Positions 62,300 to 64,000 of a stretch of 64,000 nt of DNA are shown here, piece by piece (within the stretch, counting starts at the first letter, position 1; each line of letters begins with the position of its first letter). Source of the DNA: Negaprion brevirostris (taxonomy: Eukaryota); contig JARDVH010000001.1 in NCBI GenBank assembly GCA_030324005.1, forward strand, positions 143,563,196-143,627,195. Direction: 5' to 3'. The notes beneath the pieces were generated by a model, which was not told the origin of the DNA, ran no database searches, and saw only the letters and a program-made list of their open reading frames with translations. The translations under genes and the position numbers were made by a program.

Positions 62300-62718
62300 G
62301 TGTAGATCAGTGGTAGCAATCAACTCCAAGTCAGAATTCAGGTCTCATGCCGGGGCTTCTGTATGTAATGAACGCAGACATTACAATACACTACCAAATG
62401 AACATGACATTGCAGTGTCTGTTATCTTTTGGATGTGCCTTTATACCAAGCTGTTATTCACCTTTTAAGGTAAACTTGGAAGATCCTGAGGCATTATTTT
62501 AAGAGCAAGGAAGTACTCCTGAGGTCCTAGCCAACATTTATCCTTTAGTCACCACCAAGATGAGATTAAGTGGTTACTTATCTTGCTGATGTTTGGGTTC
62601 TTGCTGTTCACAAGTTGTCTTTTGCATTTGCCTGTACTTCAAAACTAATTCATTGGCTGTGAAGTGATTTATTGCAGCCTGAAAGTGTGAATGACTCAAC
62701 ACACATGCAATTTCTTCT
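62300..62718 (+). mobile_element. Near-complete decayed Deu-SINE
   Basis: AAGATCCTGAGGCATTATTTTAAGAGCAAGGAAG..GTCCTAGCCAACATTTATCC..ACTTCAAAACTAATTCATTGGCTGTGAAGTG. Confidence 0.7.
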
Positions 62719-63245
62719 CCAAGTTGGGAAGCCCAAAGCAAGGGAGAGCAATGCAATCTTCACGCAAACCCTTTTCTCTCCCTAGCATTACGAAGAGTGG
62801 AACTTGAACAAATAAAGCATCTCAATCAACATGGGTGAAAAACTTCTGTATGCTCTTTCAACAGGCTCAAAAATATTGTAATTTATATTGTAAATAACAA
62901 TTTAAGAATGGGATGTTATATTATGAATTTACAATGGGGGACACAGTACTTGATCTTGCTGAAGTGGAAATGGCACATGCTACATTCAGATTTGTTCAGA
63001 TCCACATTTTGACTATCGATATTGATTAATACCAGGGCAGTAAGAGGCTTGTTACATATGAAAATGCTGACAGATGCTGATCTTGCAAAATGTATCCTTT
63101 CACTTTGTTTATTCTTTTCCAGCAAAACCAAATGGCAGAAAGTGATGCTCATTTCCAAACACTTCAATTTAATAGTCTGTAAATACAAATTGCATGGCAC
63201 CAGTTTTAAAAGTCTTGACAGTAACAAGACATTTACTGCACTCAC

Positions 63246-63260
63246 CATTCTGGGTATTCC
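63246..63260 (-). other. Candidate 15-nt exon GGAATACCCAGAATG of an unidentified host gene
   Basis: TTTTCTTCCCACTCCTCCCTGCCAAATTAGTTACTTGCAG|exon|GTGAGT. The donor ATG|GTGAGT is strong and the flanks are repeat-free. Confidence 0.5.
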
Positions 63261-64000
63261 CTGCAAGTAACTAATTTGGCAGGGAGGAGTGGGAAGAAAA
63301 CTTGAGAAGCTTAATAAAAACAAACCCGATAATTTGAACTTGAGAGTGTGAAACCATTTCTCACTTATGTAGTCATCACCATAAAACTGTGATTAAACCA
63401 AGTAAAACTCACGGAAAATGAACACCAACAGATTCTACTTCTCCAAGTACATCTCCAAAGTATATCCAAAGATCCACGGTTTTTCAGTGTGTTAAGTCAC
63501 AACAATTTTAGATTGCCATGCAAATGCAGTCTTTATTCAAGACGACCTTAAATTATTTTACCCAGAGCTAGAGCAGCCAATCCAAAACCCAACAGGGTCA
63601 AAGTCCCGAAACTAGAAATTATTTTCTCAAGCTGCAGGTAAATAATTAGCTCGTCGGCTCTTCAAACCTGCGGACTGAGTGAAGTGTACAAAGTTTGCAA
63701 TANNNNNNNNNNTCAAAATAAGTTAGGTGTTATCCAGGAATGAAACGCCATTACAACTTTCCATGAGAGAACTAGGCTAGCACAGAGTTCGAGTGCAGAG
63801 AAAGTTATAAAATCTTCACGGCTATCACAAGCCTCTGCCAGATTTCCACAGAAATTATTTTAAAAATACATTTTGAATCCAAGGATGTTTCTCCCAATGT
63901 CTGGCTAGTCCTATCCTTCTCAAATCAAGAGAAGCGTCTGGGTGGGTGAAAAGATTTTTTTATTGTCTTGCCAAAAGATCCCCCCCCCCCCCCGCCGCAG

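Noticed and set aside
62916-63323. 135-aa minus ORF
   Set aside because: It reads through a polypyrimidine tract and splice donor, and its composition is intron-like.

Overview
AT-rich eukaryotic genomic DNA from a fragmented assembly with 14 N-gaps. The repeat repertoire (HE1/V-SINEs, HER1/CR1 LINEs, SacSINE1/Deu-SINEs, Penelope, Tx1, Rex1/Babar, Harbinger, hAT) indicates a cartilaginous fish, most likely a shark. I see no intact protein-coding gene, RNA gene or prokaryotic system. The recognisable ORFs in the track are decayed transposon fragments and the rest look like chance ORFs. The window looks like large intron(s) of an unidentified gene transcribed on the minus strand. Candidate minus-strand exons are 15 nt at 63246-63260, 15 nt at 43870-43884, 9 nt at 35169-35177, and a 112-nt stop-containing exon at 32855-32966. 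The most notable mobile-element features are two inverted Penelope insertions carrying minimal hammerhead-ribozyme cores (one with a 14-bp TSD), a decayed two-gene Harbinger transposon plus a second Harbinger and a related MITE, a three-tier nested stack of four transposon classes, and a probable solo LTR. Family names come from recalled consensus motifs, not from database searches, and most boundaries are approximate.
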